64,000 nt of DNA from Candidatus Falkowbacteria bacterium (GTDB taxonomy: Bacteria; Patescibacteriota; Patescibacteriia; CAIXNZ01), in assembly GCA_963774955.1 (NCBI GenBank), contig CAVZGV010000006.1, positions 223,224-287,223 of the forward strand, read 5' to 3'. The notes below the pieces were generated by a model. The model did no database searches. It worked only from the letters and a program-made list of their open reading frames with translations, and was not told where the DNA came from. The position numbers were made by a program, and so were the translations under genes. Position 1 is the first letter of the stretch. Each line of letters opens with the position of its first letter. Shown piece by piece: positions 19,000 to 29,054 of this stretch.

Positions 19000-20736
19000 T
19001 TAGAACATTATGCTAACCAAGGTATCCTTAATTTTTAAGACCTTATGAGCTAATTTAGAATTGTAATAGTTTCTAAAAATAGCAAAGGGAGTATAGAGTA
19101 CAATCATTGAATCAAAGAATAAAGATCTCTTTTTCAAATACTGCATATCATATTCCATATGTTCATATATCTGATCAGCTTTAAACGGAGAAATTTGCCA
19201 CAAGCCTGATAAACCCGGAATGAGTCTGAATCTTTCCAGGGCATTGCCCATATATTTATCTTTTAAAATCCATTGCTCCGGTCTGGGGCCGACAATACTC
19301 ATTTCACCAATAATGATGTTCAATAATTGAGGCAATTCATCCAAACAAGATTTGCGTAAAATTTTGCCCAAACGAGTCACTCTTTTGTCAGAGGTATCGT
19401 CTTTCGGGGCAAAATCATCACGGCACTGATCATAATACATGGTTCTGAATTTATAGATATAAAACGGCTTAAAATCCTTACCAACCCTTTTTTGGATGTA
19501 GAAAATCGGGCCTCTGGAATCAAGTTTAATCAGACCGGCAATAATCAGCCATAAGGGCAAAGTCACAATAAAGCCGGCAATACCCAAAAAGAAATCCAAG
19601 GCTCTTTTGATCTTTTCATATACAATTTTATTAGTGTATTTCATTTGGTATAAATTAATAAATTTATTGGTAATTGTCTCCCAATTATAAGTTTCAACTA
19701 CATATTTCTGAGCAGCCAGACCTCTTTCATTGACCAAATCGTGATTGGCCAGCATGTATTTCAATTTAGATTCCAAATCTGCAACATCAGTACTTTTAAA
19801 GGTAAAACCATGATTTTGCACCATAACTAAATTTTCCGCAATATCACTGACCAAAACAGCCTTTTGGAAACTCATGGCCTCCAAGATTGAAAAAGAAGCC
19901 GCTTCAATTTCTGAAGGTTGCACAAATAAATATGCGCCAGACATTACTTTGGCCCAGATTTTGCCGGTAATATTGCCGGTAAATACCACCCGGCTGTCTT
20001 TAGCCGCTAATTGTTCTAATGATTTAACATACTGATCAGTATTGCTGGAAGCTCCGGCAATAACCAGTTTGAAATCCGTATTAATATTTTTAAAAGCTTC
20101 GATCAGATAATGGGCGCCTTTTTCCGGCACTAAGCGAGCCATAAATAAAATATATTTACCGGCCTGCAGATTAAATTCCTCAATTTTATCACCGGTCCAA
20201 ATTTCTGGTTGATTGACGCCGTTAGCGATATATTCAGCCTCAACATCATATTTTTCCTTATAATATTCTTTGGTCTGTTCCGAAACGCAAACAATCTTAT
20301 CAGCGGTATAAACAGAAACCCACTCAGCCAGTTTTAAGAATAACTTAGCTACAGGTCCCCATTTGGCTCTTTGCCAGTCAAGACCGTGGTTAGTGACTAT
20401 AATTTTAATATTAGGTCTGAAAATTTTCGGTATAATTGAAAAAATTGCCGGACCGATTGCCTGATAATTGACCACGTTAACCTTCTGAAACAGTAAATGC
20501 ATAGTCGCCAAAAAAGTATGGAGAGTGGCATCCAGATGCTTGGTTTTTATGGTTGGCAATGAAATCAGCTTAATGCCCTGATACTCCTTTAAACCCTTAT
20601 CAGAATAAAAAGGACGGGTATACGCAAAAACATCATGGCCTTGAGCCACTAATCTTTTGGCCAGTTCTTCGACGTGCCTTTCAGGGCCACCGCCTACAGC
20701 TGGAAGACCTTTTTGTCCGATAAAATAGATGTTCAT
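19000..20736 (-). CDS. Fusion protein: N-terminal GT4 glycosyltransferase plus C-terminal polyprenyl-phosphate sugar phosphotransferase (WbaP/WcaJ 'bacterial sugar transferase' domain)
   Basis: N-terminus MNIYFIGQKGLPAVGGGPERHVEELAKRL and EAASFSILEAMSFQKAVLVSD (GT4). C-terminus IVTLPLWLIIAGLIKLDSRGPIFYIQKRVGKDFKPFYIYKFRTM...LDELPQLLNIIIGEMSIVGPRP (PGPT core). Confidence 0.7.
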   Translation of the reverse strand: MNIYFIGQKGLPAVGGGPERHVEELAKRLVAQGHDVFAYTRPFYSDKGLKEYQGIKLISLPTIKTKHLDATLHTFLATMHLLFQKVNVVNYQAIGPAIFSIIPKIFRPNIKIIVTNHGLDWQRAKWGPVAKLFLKLAEWVSVYTADKIVCVSEQTKEYYKEKYDVEAEYIANGVNQPEIWTGDKIEEFNLQAGKYILFMARLVPEKGAHYLIEAFKNINTDFKLVIAGASSNTDQYVKSLEQLAAKDSRVVFTGNITGKIWAKVMSGAYLFVQPSEIEAASFSILEAMSFQKAVLVSDIAENLVMVQNHGFTFKSTDVADLESKLKYMLANHDLVNERGLAAQKYVVETYNWETITNKFINLYQMKYTNKIVYEKIKRALDFFLGIAGFIVTLPLWLIIAGLIKLDSRGPIFYIQKRVGKDFKPFYIYKFRTMYYDQCRDDFAPKDDTSDKRVTRLGKILRKSCLDELPQLLNIIIGEMSIVGPRPEQWILKDKYMGNALERFRLIPGLSGLWQISPFKADQIYEHMEYDMQYLKKRSLFFDSMIVLYTPFAIFRNYYNSKLAHKVLKIKDTLVSIMF

Positions 20737-20918
20737 ATTATTAATACTATATTTAGAGTTAATATAGTATCATAGCATAAATTTGCTAATCTGTCAATAA
20801 TATGACCGATTTGGCTTGCTATTTGGCTAAAATTAGACACTAAATCAATAAAAAAAGGCCTATTCCCCTTAGATAGACCTCTTACGTTAGTATATAATGC
20901 AAGATATGTCAAATTTTT

Positions 20919-22142
20919 TTAGCTCTCAATTATTTGCTGATAAGTAGCCTCAATTTTACTTAAATGGTCACTTGATTCACAGTACTTGCCAACAAAATCC
21001 CGGCCCTTCAACCCCATAGCTTTGACCTGATCAAGATTAGAATATAAAGCTTTAATTTTCAGTACCAAATCTTCGGCCTGGCCGACTTTAAATAAAGACC
21101 CGTTTTGCCCGTCTCTGACCAATTCAGGCAACCCGCCTAAATCTGAAGCAATAATCGGCTTGGCCATGGCCATAGCTTCCAAAACTGACAAAGGATTATT
21201 TTCATACCAAATAGAAGGTACAATCATAATCCTGGCCTGACTTAACAGTTTTTTAATCTCCTGGCAGTTTTTATAGCCCAGCAAAGTAACATTATTCAGA
21301 TTATAAGCCTGAATTAATTGCTCAATATTGTCCTTTTCCGGCCCCTGCCCAATAATCTGCAGCCTAATATCAGGCAAAGCTTTCATCGCCTCAATCAACG
21401 TCAAAATCCCCTTTTCTTTGGTTAGACGGCCGACATAGATCAAGCCTTCGCCTGAATTTTCCGATATTGGCCAGGCCTGTAAATCAATAAAATTATAAAG
21501 CTGCTTTACTTTTTTAGCCGGGACACCCCAGGCCGTAACTTTTTCTGCCAAAAATTTACTCGGTGCTATATATAAATCAACGACTCGATAACTATGCAGA
21601 ATCAACTTATGGACATACATTTCCAGCATGGCCAGAAAACTTGTGGCAGAAGACTCCTTTAAACAGCGGAATTTAAAGCAATTATAATATTTATGGACTT
21701 TACAGCGTTCACAAACCGCCCCCTGAGTAAATAAGCGGTAATTAGGACAAATCAGTTTATAATCATGCAAAGTCCAGACTACCGGTATTTTATATTTTTT
21801 TAAAACGCCTAAAATTGAAGGGCTGATCTGAAAACTAAAATTATGCAAATGGGCAATATCCGGCTTTTCTTTTTTTAATAAGGCTTCCAGCTTATGCCTG
21901 GCTTCACAGGAATAAATCAGATGAATGGCTTTTTTCAAATCCTTAAAAAGACCTTCGCGCTTATTAAAATTTATATTGTTCACAAAATACCCGCTATATT
22001 TCGAGGGCTGATTCTTTTCAGCCTGCATGGAAAATTCCAAAAGTTCATGGCCATTGGCTTTCAGCAATTTTGCCAATTCCAACATATAGATCTCCGATCC
22101 GCCATTGCGATAATAAAACTTGTTGATCATTAATATTTTCAT
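20919..22142 (-). CDS. Glycosyltransferase family 4
   Basis: MKILMINKFYYRNGGSEIY... and C-terminal GLPELVRDGQNGSLF motif region. Confidence 0.8.
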   Translation of the reverse strand: MKILMINKFYYRNGGSEIYMLELAKLLKANGHELLEFSMQAEKNQPSKYSGYFVNNINFNKREGLFKDLKKAIHLIYSCEARHKLEALLKKEKPDIAHLHNFSFQISPSILGVLKKYKIPVVWTLHDYKLICPNYRLFTQGAVCERCKVHKYYNCFKFRCLKESSATSFLAMLEMYVHKLILHSYRVVDLYIAPSKFLAEKVTAWGVPAKKVKQLYNFIDLQAWPISENSGEGLIYVGRLTKEKGILTLIEAMKALPDIRLQIIGQGPEKDNIEQLIQAYNLNNVTLLGYKNCQEIKKLLSQARIMIVPSIWYENNPLSVLEAMAMAKPIIASDLGGLPELVRDGQNGSLFKVGQAEDLVLKIKALYSNLDQVKAMGLKGRDFVGKYCESSDHLSKIEATYQQIIES

Positions 22143-22354
22143 AAAAAAACTACCTTTTTAAAAACACAATTAAACATTTATCAATGGTACCTGGGGGTTT
22201 GGGGGTGGCAACTAAGCGTCGCCATCAAAGCCACGAACGAACCATTAGCACTAGCGCATTTGCCACCCCCAAAACTTTTTTGCTTACTTTTTTAGTTATA
22301 AAAAAGTAAGAAGCCGACGGGCATGGCTATTTTTAAATTTATTACTCTAGTAAA

Positions 22355-23446
22355 TTATTTAGCCAATCTTTCATACACCGCCTCATATTTTTTCACCATC
22401 GTTTCCAGGCTGAACTTGGTCTGAACCTGAGTTAAGGCATTGGTAATTATCAGATTCCTTAATACAGAATCAGCCAAAATCTTATCAACTGCCTGGAAAA
22501 TAGCTTCTGGATCCTTGGGCTCAAATAAGAGCCCATTTTGCCCTGATTTGATGATTTCCTTAATACCCCCGACATTTGACGCCAAAACCGCTAAACCCAC
22601 GGCCTGGGCCTCTAAAATGACAATGCCAAGGCCTTCCCAGACTGACGGCAGAATAAACAGATCCATTTGCGGCAATATCTTGTCGATATCTTCTCTGGCG
22701 CCCCAAAAAGCAACTTTATCAGCAATGCCTAATTTTTGGGCCAGAACTTTTAAACTGGGAGCCATACTTCCGGTTCCGATTATATTCAGGCTAAAACCTG
22801 GATGTTTTTGTAAAATTTCAGGCACGGCTTGGAGCAAATAACGATGGCCCTTTTGTTCTTCAAGTCTGGCCACAACAATAGCCTTAAAACAATCCTGGTC
22901 AATTTCCTGTGCACCGCGATATTTAAACTTGTCTAAATCAACACCATTATAAATCACTTCAATTTTTTCCGCTTTAAGCCATTCGACTTTGATAGAATAA
23001 TCTTTTACTCCTGCAGAAACCGCAATTATCTTGACCGTAAACCAGGATAGAACCAGTTTAATAAATTTCATCAAACGGTTTTCCGCTAAACCGATATTAT
23101 GTTCAGTTGAGATAATAACCGGCACTCCGGCTAAAATAGCGGCCAGTCTGCCCCAGGTATCGCCCCCGAATAAATGAGTATGCACAATTTGGGGCTTAAT
23201 TTGTCTAAGTAATTTACACAGCTGCCAGATCAAACCCAGCCCCAGCTTTGATTTTTTTTGAAATACTTTAATCTGTATGGCTAACTTTTCAAACTCAGGC
23301 AAAAGCGGACCGTTACCAAGAATAGTAATGACTGTAATTTCAAATTTATTTTTATCCAGCCGGCGACAAATATCTAAAAGCAGCCTTTCAGCTCCGCCCA
23401 GGACAAAGTTATTAATAACGTAGACTATTTTAATTTTTTGATTCAT
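22355..23446 (-). CDS. Glycosyltransferase family 4. Start reassigned to internal Met (MNQKIKIVYVINNF)
   Basis: GT4 motifs (VLGGAERLLLDI, EGLGIVILEAQAVGLAVLASNVGG). ORF-track start 23623 overlaps the upstream gene by 180 nt. ATG 23446 gives an ATGA overlap with the stop of 23443..24843. Confidence 0.7.
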   Translation of the reverse strand: MNQKIKIVYVINNFVLGGAERLLLDICRRLDKNKFEITVITILGNGPLLPEFEKLAIQIKVFQKKSKLGLGLIWQLCKLLRQIKPQIVHTHLFGGDTWGRLAAILAGVPVIISTEHNIGLAENRLMKFIKLVLSWFTVKIIAVSAGVKDYSIKVEWLKAEKIEVIYNGVDLDKFKYRGAQEIDQDCFKAIVVARLEEQKGHRYLLQAVPEILQKHPGFSLNIIGTGSMAPSLKVLAQKLGIADKVAFWGAREDIDKILPQMDLFILPSVWEGLGIVILEAQAVGLAVLASNVGGIKEIIKSGQNGLLFEPKDPEAIFQAVDKILADSVLRNLIITNALTQVQTKFSLETMVKKYEAVYERLAK

Positions 23447-24843
23447 ATAGTTAATTCGTGTTTCGTTTTTCGGTTTCCTGCCTTTAAATTCTCCCGGCTT
23501 ATTTTTAAAGTTGCCATGGCCACGCCGATGGGAAACCAAACAGTCGCCAAATAATAGCTTGTGCCAAAAACCTGAAAAGTTAAAGAGCCGATAACTAAAG
23601 TCAGACTGCCTAATACCAGCCAAGAATACTGGGTATACGCGGCCGCTCGAAATCCTTGATATAAAGAATACACCAAGTAAAACAACAAAAAACCAAAGGC
23701 CAGCGTACCAATTAAACCAGTTTCCGCCAAGGTTTTAAAAACAAAGCCGTGGGCATCTAAGACCTCGCCATATTCGATTAAATACCATTTGACCTGAGAC
23801 ATGATTTTGGTAAAAACTCCGATACCGCTACCCAAAAATGGATGTTGTTTGAACAACATCAGGGAAACATCAATAAGTTTCAGCCGATTTAAAGTCGAGC
23901 TCAGAGTCAAGCCGGTAACAGTCAATTTGTACATAAAATACACAGCCGGAATGATCAAAAGCGCGGATAAATAAATAACCAAGGGACTGATTAATTTTTT
24001 AAATTCTCGGCGATAGCGAAAAACAAAAAGCACTAAAAATTCCACAGCCAAAGCAATCCAGCCAGCACGTGATAAGGTCAGCAGCTGAATCGCGATCATC
24101 AAAAACAAGCCGCTTAAATATAAGTTCTTCATAAAGATATCTTTTTCTTTCCAGTATAAAATAAAACCTATGGGAATAATGGAGATTAAAATCTCTGCCA
24201 GCTGGTTATGATTGCTACCAAGGGGATAAATTCCGGCCAGACTAATGGGCATCGCCTGACGAAAACCGACAACTGGCGGAAAAACCAAGGCCCAGGCACC
24301 CATAGCCACTAAACCAAGGCCCAACACGTACATAATCTTATAGATAATATCCAATTGTTTTAAATTCTTAATCAAATTGTAAGGCAATACCAAATACATC
24401 AAGTAGAAAAAAATTATTGGCCGGGCAATATATTTAAGGGAAAAATCCAGAATATCCCGGTCAACATTCAATAACGACAAGACACAAATAACCACGAATA
24501 ATAGCATCCATTGCCAGCCGGGAAAATCAGCAGAGCTTAAAAACTTATTTTTCGTTATGGCCAGATAAATTGTCTTGATGACCCAGGCGCTGAATAAAAC
24601 TAAAGCCAGCAGATCGACATAGGGTACATTTATATCCTGATAAATAAATTGCAGGTAAGTAAAAGGAAATAAAAAAGCCATGATATAAATGGCAATCATG
24701 GGGTAATAACTAAAAAGCCAAACCAAAATCAAAAAAATCAGCCCGATCAAGGCATACCAGCTATTATTCAAAGTAAAACCTGAGCAAATAAAACAAGCAA
24801 CCAGCAAAACAGTGAGCCAAATTTTATTATTAAACATTGGCAT
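23443..24843 (-). CDS. O-antigen ligase / Wzy-like polytopic membrane protein
   Basis: About 12 TM helices. LSRAGWIALAVEFLVLF region typical of the O-antigen ligase (Wzy_C) family. Sits inside the glycan locus. Confidence 0.55.
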   Translation of the reverse strand: MPMFNNKIWLTVLLVACFICSGFTLNNSWYALIGLIFLILVWLFSYYPMIAIYIMAFLFPFTYLQFIYQDINVPYVDLLALVLFSAWVIKTIYLAITKNKFLSSADFPGWQWMLLFVVICVLSLLNVDRDILDFSLKYIARPIIFFYLMYLVLPYNLIKNLKQLDIIYKIMYVLGLGLVAMGAWALVFPPVVGFRQAMPISLAGIYPLGSNHNQLAEILISIIPIGFILYWKEKDIFMKNLYLSGLFLMIAIQLLTLSRAGWIALAVEFLVLFVFRYRREFKKLISPLVIYLSALLIIPAVYFMYKLTVTGLTLSSTLNRLKLIDVSLMLFKQHPFLGSGIGVFTKIMSQVKWYLIEYGEVLDAHGFVFKTLAETGLIGTLAFGFLLFYLVYSLYQGFRAAAYTQYSWLVLGSLTLVIGSLTFQVFGTSYYLATVWFPIGVAMATLKISRENLKAGNRKTKHELTI

Positions 24844-24870
24844 AATTAGGCATAATTAGGCATAATTATA
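24838..24870. repeat. Three tandem copies of 10-bp unit GGCATAATTA (minus strand TAATTATGCC) spanning the start codon region
   Basis: Read directly. The last unit supplies the ATG of the Wzy-like gene. The array fills the 20-bp gap to the stop of the radical SAM gene. Confidence 0.8.
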
Positions 24871-25903
24871 ATTTAACACCGAAAATTTTACTCTTAAGCA
24901 TCCAGAAAATCACCTGAAAAACATGCCTTTTCATCGCACTGCGCGCAGTACACATCATCCAATTATGCATATTTTTCTCTAAACTAATTGCTTCCTGGGC
25001 CTTAGGGCTTTGATATAACTCGGCGAAACTTTCAAAATCCTTAAGATTACCCATTTGATGGCCGGAAACATCAGAAGGATAGACTTGGCCAAGCGGATCA
25101 ATAAAGACATTATCCCGGCCGGAATAATTGGGTAAAAGTCGCTTATGGCTGACCAAAAAACGATATAAGGCAAAAACAAAATACGCCCGAGACCAATTCT
25201 TGGGCTGCCAACCGGCTAGTTCCCTGCTGATTAAACTGGCAAATTCTTTTTTAAACTCCGGCAATTTAGTTATTTTATTATCCGAGATATTAAAATAATT
25301 TTCCGCGTTATGCACCGCTGCCATAGTAAATTCTGCGCCTAATTCTTGAGACAGGTTATAGACCAGGGTCATTTGATCAATATTATAATCTCCAGCCGTA
25401 TAAGCAAGGCGCAAGTCTTTAACTCCGAGGGCTTTAACAGCCTTAATAGACGCCATTACTTTGTCAAAACCGCCGGGTATACCCCTTATCTGGTCATGTA
25501 GCTCGCCAAGACCGTCAAGGGAAAACCCTAAAATTATATCAGGCTTAATTTTTATAATTTCTTTAACTTTGGCCGTGATTAATTCAGTCGCAAAACCATT
25601 GGAATTAATAATGATTCTAACCTGAGGATTTTGTTTGACCAGTAACGCGACCAAAGCCACCAAATCTGACCTTAAAAACGGTTCGCCGCCGCTTAGATTT
25701 ACCTCCTTCATGTTGGCTGGTAATTTTTGATATTCTGACAACGCTAAAACAGACTGAACTTCGCTTTTCCAGATATTGCACATGCGACAACGTGAGTTAC
25801 AACTATAAGTCACAGCTAAAACAAAATCATTCGGCAACTCATTACGTGCCGTCAAATAGGACCAGGCCCATTTTAAATCTTGAAACAACTTACTTTTTGA
25901 CAT
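24866..25903 (-). CDS. Radical SAM domain protein
   Basis: VTYSCNSRCRMCNIW (CxxxCxxC), SGGEPFL glycine-rich SAM motif. Located within the polysaccharide gene cluster. Confidence 0.7.
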   Translation of the reverse strand: MSKSKLFQDLKWAWSYLTARNELPNDFVLAVTYSCNSRCRMCNIWKSEVQSVLALSEYQKLPANMKEVNLSGGEPFLRSDLVALVALLVKQNPQVRIIINSNGFATELITAKVKEIIKIKPDIILGFSLDGLGELHDQIRGIPGGFDKVMASIKAVKALGVKDLRLAYTAGDYNIDQMTLVYNLSQELGAEFTMAAVHNAENYFNISDNKITKLPEFKKEFASLISRELAGWQPKNWSRAYFVFALYRFLVSHKRLLPNYSGRDNVFIDPLGQVYPSDVSGHQMGNLKDFESFAELYQSPKAQEAISLEKNMHNWMMCTARSAMKRHVFQVIFWMLKSKIFGVKL

Positions 25904-26059
25904 TATTTTTCAAGTGAATATTTATTGTTTGTTATTAAAAATTTTGGGAATTATTTAAAATCTGATTGCCAAGCAACAAAGTCCCGATTTTCTATCACTT
26001 ACTATTATTTTATCATATTTAAGCCGATTTTCACACTAAAATACTATCTAAACAAATCA

Positions 26060-26100
26060 ACCCCATACCATGCGCTTGCGCTTAGGTACGGGGTCGATTT
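26060..26100 (-). terminator. Putative terminator downstream of 26183..26977
   Basis: CCCCATACC / GGTACGGGG imperfect stem followed by a T-rich tract on the minus strand. Confidence 0.3.
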
Positions 26101-26182
26101 TATCTTGAGTTACTTATATATAATAAATATCACGTTTGACGATAACCGAAACGGGCATCGAAACCGGACAACGCCTAATGAT

Positions 26183-26977
26183 TTACTTCAAATGATCATG
26201 CATCGTAATTATGCGGGTCTTTCTGGATTCATTATCTGGCAAATCAGTAGAGAAACCAAAACCTTCCGCATTGGGACTATATTCTGCTTCATACTTAATA
26301 AAATCATTGTCAATATCATTATTTAGTCTTTGGCCGGAAAAATAACGGTTTGACTGAAAAGTTTTTACTTTTTTAGCTTCTTTTAAAATCACATAGTAAC
26401 CGCCGATAATTAAACCGCAGATTAAAGCAATAACCAAATTAATGGCGATATTCGGTCTCATCGGATATTTACTGATAAAAACATCGTCAACTACTTTAAT
26501 TTCCACATCAGTACCGCCGCCATGATATTCAGAGCCCTTATTTACCAAAACATAAGCAATGCTTCTGACTAATTGAGCCGCAAAAGTCCTATCTACATCA
26601 TAGACCGCAATTTCTAAAATACCTGATTCCGGCAGGACATTGGCTTCAATATTTTTTTGCCAAGCCTTTCTCCTTTCAGTCGCATCCGGAGAAAACTTAG
26701 TGCTAATCCCATTATTGGATTCAATTACTTCGTTATAAAAAGATGAAGTAAAAATAATACTGGCCAAATTTTTACCGATTTTTTCCGCTGATTTAGTGGC
26801 TGTATACGCATCTAAATTTTGAGCTTGCTTTTGAATAATCAGGATTTTGGTGGCAGCAGAATACTGAAACGGTGTAACCAAACTGATAATTAAAGCCAAA
26901 ATCACGGCTAACCCGGTAATCAACGCGATAAGCTCCCAATTTTTTCTTAAAATTTTTGAGTATTGTAAATTTTCCAT
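26183..26977 (-). CDS. Wzz-like polysaccharide chain-length determinant family protein
   Basis: Two TM helices (N-terminal LIALITGLAVILALIISLV and C-terminal INLVIALICGLIIGGYYVIL) flanking a soluble domain, as in the Wzz/PCP topology. Confidence 0.45.
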   Translation of the reverse strand: MENLQYSKILRKNWELIALITGLAVILALIISLVTPFQYSAATKILIIQKQAQNLDAYTATKSAEKIGKNLASIIFTSSFYNEVIESNNGISTKFSPDATERRKAWQKNIEANVLPESGILEIAVYDVDRTFAAQLVRSIAYVLVNKGSEYHGGGTDVEIKVVDDVFISKYPMRPNIAINLVIALICGLIIGGYYVILKEAKKVKTFQSNRYFSGQRLNNDIDNDFIKYEAEYSPNAEGFGFSTDLPDNESRKTRIITMHDHLK

Positions 26978-27110
26978 ATGATTTTATTTAAATAAGGTTA
27001 ACTTAATAATATCTAGATAATATCACAAATATATGTATTTGTCAAGGCTAAAACCAAAAACTCCGCTTCCACGGAGTTTTTTCTCTAATCTTGGCCTATT
27101 TATAACGAAA

Positions 27111-28268
27111 TTATTTAATGATTATACTAATTTCCGTCTCCTGATTGTCTCTTAAGTATTTAATGCGTATTTCTTGTCCGGTTTTATAACCCAAAAGTAA
27201 TAATGATAAATCATTTTCCGCATCGATCTGCTGATTTTCCAGACTTAAAATAATATCACCTTTGACCAATTGCCCAACTAGAGGGCTATCCTCAGCAATT
27301 GCTACCCCGTTAATATTTGACCAAACCAAGGCGCCTTTAGGTGTGTCCTGAGCTTGAGATTCCTTTAAATTGAAAGTTTTGCTTAAATTAATATAATTAA
27401 TTCCCAAATATGGCCGGCTGATTTTTTCTTCTTTTAATACCTGGCTAAATATCGGGGTAATATAATTTATGGGAATTATCTGATTATAACCCAGATTGTC
27501 AGCCATCAAAAAACCCAAAGCCTCTCCCTGCAAATTAAAGACCGGAGCACCCTTCAAATCGCTGGAAAAATTTTTATTAATTAGCACTCTGGAAATCAAA
27601 CTTTCGCTGGAATTTACAAAGTCATATTTATCAGAAATCTGCTGATAATTTTTACTGACAATATTCGCCAAATAAAGCTGACCGCTGTAAATCTGAAGAC
27701 TGAAAAGTTGTTCCCCCAAAGTAGCTTTTTGCACGTCAGCCAATTTAACAACCGGCAAATTCTGGACATTTATTTTCAAAAAAACCATACCGGTTCGGTC
27801 ATCCCTGATAATTTTTTCCAAATCATAAGCCTTATTTTTATAATAAACAACCAAATCTTCCTTGGCTCTCGTGATTGCTTCTTGAGTGGCTAAAAGCCAG
27901 CCATCAGTAGTCAAGGCTAATGCCTGACCCTGAAAATCACTGGGCGCGAAAAAATTATCCAGATAGCTCTGGCTGATTTTCCTTTTCTTAAAAATACCCA
28001 AAACTGCAGGCTGAAGCTCATTTTTTAGCTGAGCCACACGCAAATTCTGTTCGACTACGACTTTACGAGGTTCTTGGATAATCAGATTATTTTGGCCTAA
28101 ATTGCTAGAATCGGTAAAATACAGATCACTGAAGAATTGAGTATTGGCTAAATAAGTCCTGGTGAATACTTCCCCGAAAATACCGGCAGCAAAGCCAATC
28201 AGTATTATTAGGGCTAAAGCACCGACATATTTTAAATTGTTTTTAGGCTTTTTAACAGTTTGTTCCAT
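27111..28268 (-). CDS. Membrane-anchored HtrA-like trypsin-fold plus PDZ protein, probably catalytically inactive
   Basis: N-terminal TM. PDZ-like GQLVKGDIILSLENQQI. The position of the S1C GNSGGP serine motif reads DLKGAPVFNLQGEALGF (Ser absent). Confidence 0.4.
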   Translation of the reverse strand: MEQTVKKPKNNLKYVGALALIILIGFAAGIFGEVFTRTYLANTQFFSDLYFTDSSNLGQNNLIIQEPRKVVVEQNLRVAQLKNELQPAVLGIFKKRKISQSYLDNFFAPSDFQGQALALTTDGWLLATQEAITRAKEDLVVYYKNKAYDLEKIIRDDRTGMVFLKINVQNLPVVKLADVQKATLGEQLFSLQIYSGQLYLANIVSKNYQQISDKYDFVNSSESLISRVLINKNFSSDLKGAPVFNLQGEALGFLMADNLGYNQIIPINYITPIFSQVLKEEKISRPYLGINYINLSKTFNLKESQAQDTPKGALVWSNINGVAIAEDSPLVGQLVKGDIILSLENQQIDAENDLSLLLLGYKTGQEIRIKYLRDNQETEISIIIK

Positions 28269-28283
28269 AAAAATTAAATATAA

Positions 28284-29054
28284 TTAACCCCAGGGCGAGG
28301 TAATTATTATGATTAATAATAAAACCGTACTAATAACTAAATAACGCCAAAACCATTTTTTGTCAAATGTCTCAGTCAGGCGCATTTTTAAAACAGTATA
28401 AATAAAATAATAAATTATAGTTAAAATAATACTATGGGCGTATAAAGTTGACGGCAGAAACGAAAGGGCCAGAAAAAATTCCAGAATTATAAGCGAGATA
28501 ATCAGAATATAAACAATTTTCAAACGATTCCGTTGTTTGGTGACCCAGAAAAATTGGCCTAAAATCAAAATCACGACCATAACTAAAATCAGGCTCAAGA
28601 TCCAAAAAGGCGGATTAAGAAAAATATTGATGGCGTTAAGATCCACAACCAATAAAAAGAAAATTAAAATATTAAGAAAAATTGAGGAATTGCCCAAAGA
28701 ATCTTTGTGATAGCCTTGCTGATAATAATAATACAAAAAAATACTTTCCAAGTATGCGGCCAAAATTAAAGCCAGCATAATTATAACGATATGTTGTAAA
28801 AATCCCCAGCCTAAGATCAGCAGAAAGCAAGTAGTCAATAAATATAGAAGCAACGGCAGGATAGCCAGCCCCCAGAAATTAAGGCTGAAAAATCTTTCCT
28901 TGATTAAATATTTCAAAATCCCGAGCAAAATGATGAACAAAAAAATCAAAATCAAGGCAATCAGCTGGAGATTTTGCATAAAATAAAATATAGATTCCAA
29001 GCCCAACAGAATCAAAACAGGACCGATTATAACGGAAAAACGTTTAAATAGCAT
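28284..29054 (-). CDS. Polytopic integral membrane protein, hypothetical
   Basis: At least 8 hydrophobic helices. No recognisable family. Confidence 0.4.
   Translation of the reverse strand: MLFKRFSVIIGPVLILLGLESIFYFMQNLQLIALILIFLFIILLGILKYLIKERFFSLNFWGLAILPLLLYLLTTCFLLILGWGFLQHIVIIMLALILAAYLESIFLYYYYQQGYHKDSLGNSSIFLNILIFFLLVVDLNAINIFLNPPFWILSLILVMVVILILGQFFWVTKQRNRLKIVYILIISLIILEFFLALSFLPSTLYAHSIILTIIYYFIYTVLKMRLTETFDKKWFWRYLVISTVLLLIIIITSPWG

Noticed and set aside
22205-22290. Inverted repeat GGGGGTGGCAA ... TTGCCACCCCC plus adjacent AT hairpin between two GT4 genes
   Set aside because: Probably an ordinary intercistronic terminator or stem. Single copy.
22355-23623. 422-aa version of the GT4 ORF with 59-aa N-terminal extension
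   Set aside because: The extension overlaps the upstream Wzy-like gene by 180 nt and is basic/low-complexity. The internal Met at 23446 gives a canonical ATGA stop-start overlap and a normal GT4 N-terminus.
25925-26326. 133-aa plus-strand ORF
   Set aside because: Overlaps the 3' end of the Wzz-like gene, AT-rich, no RBS, low-complexity translation. Intergenic or terminator region.
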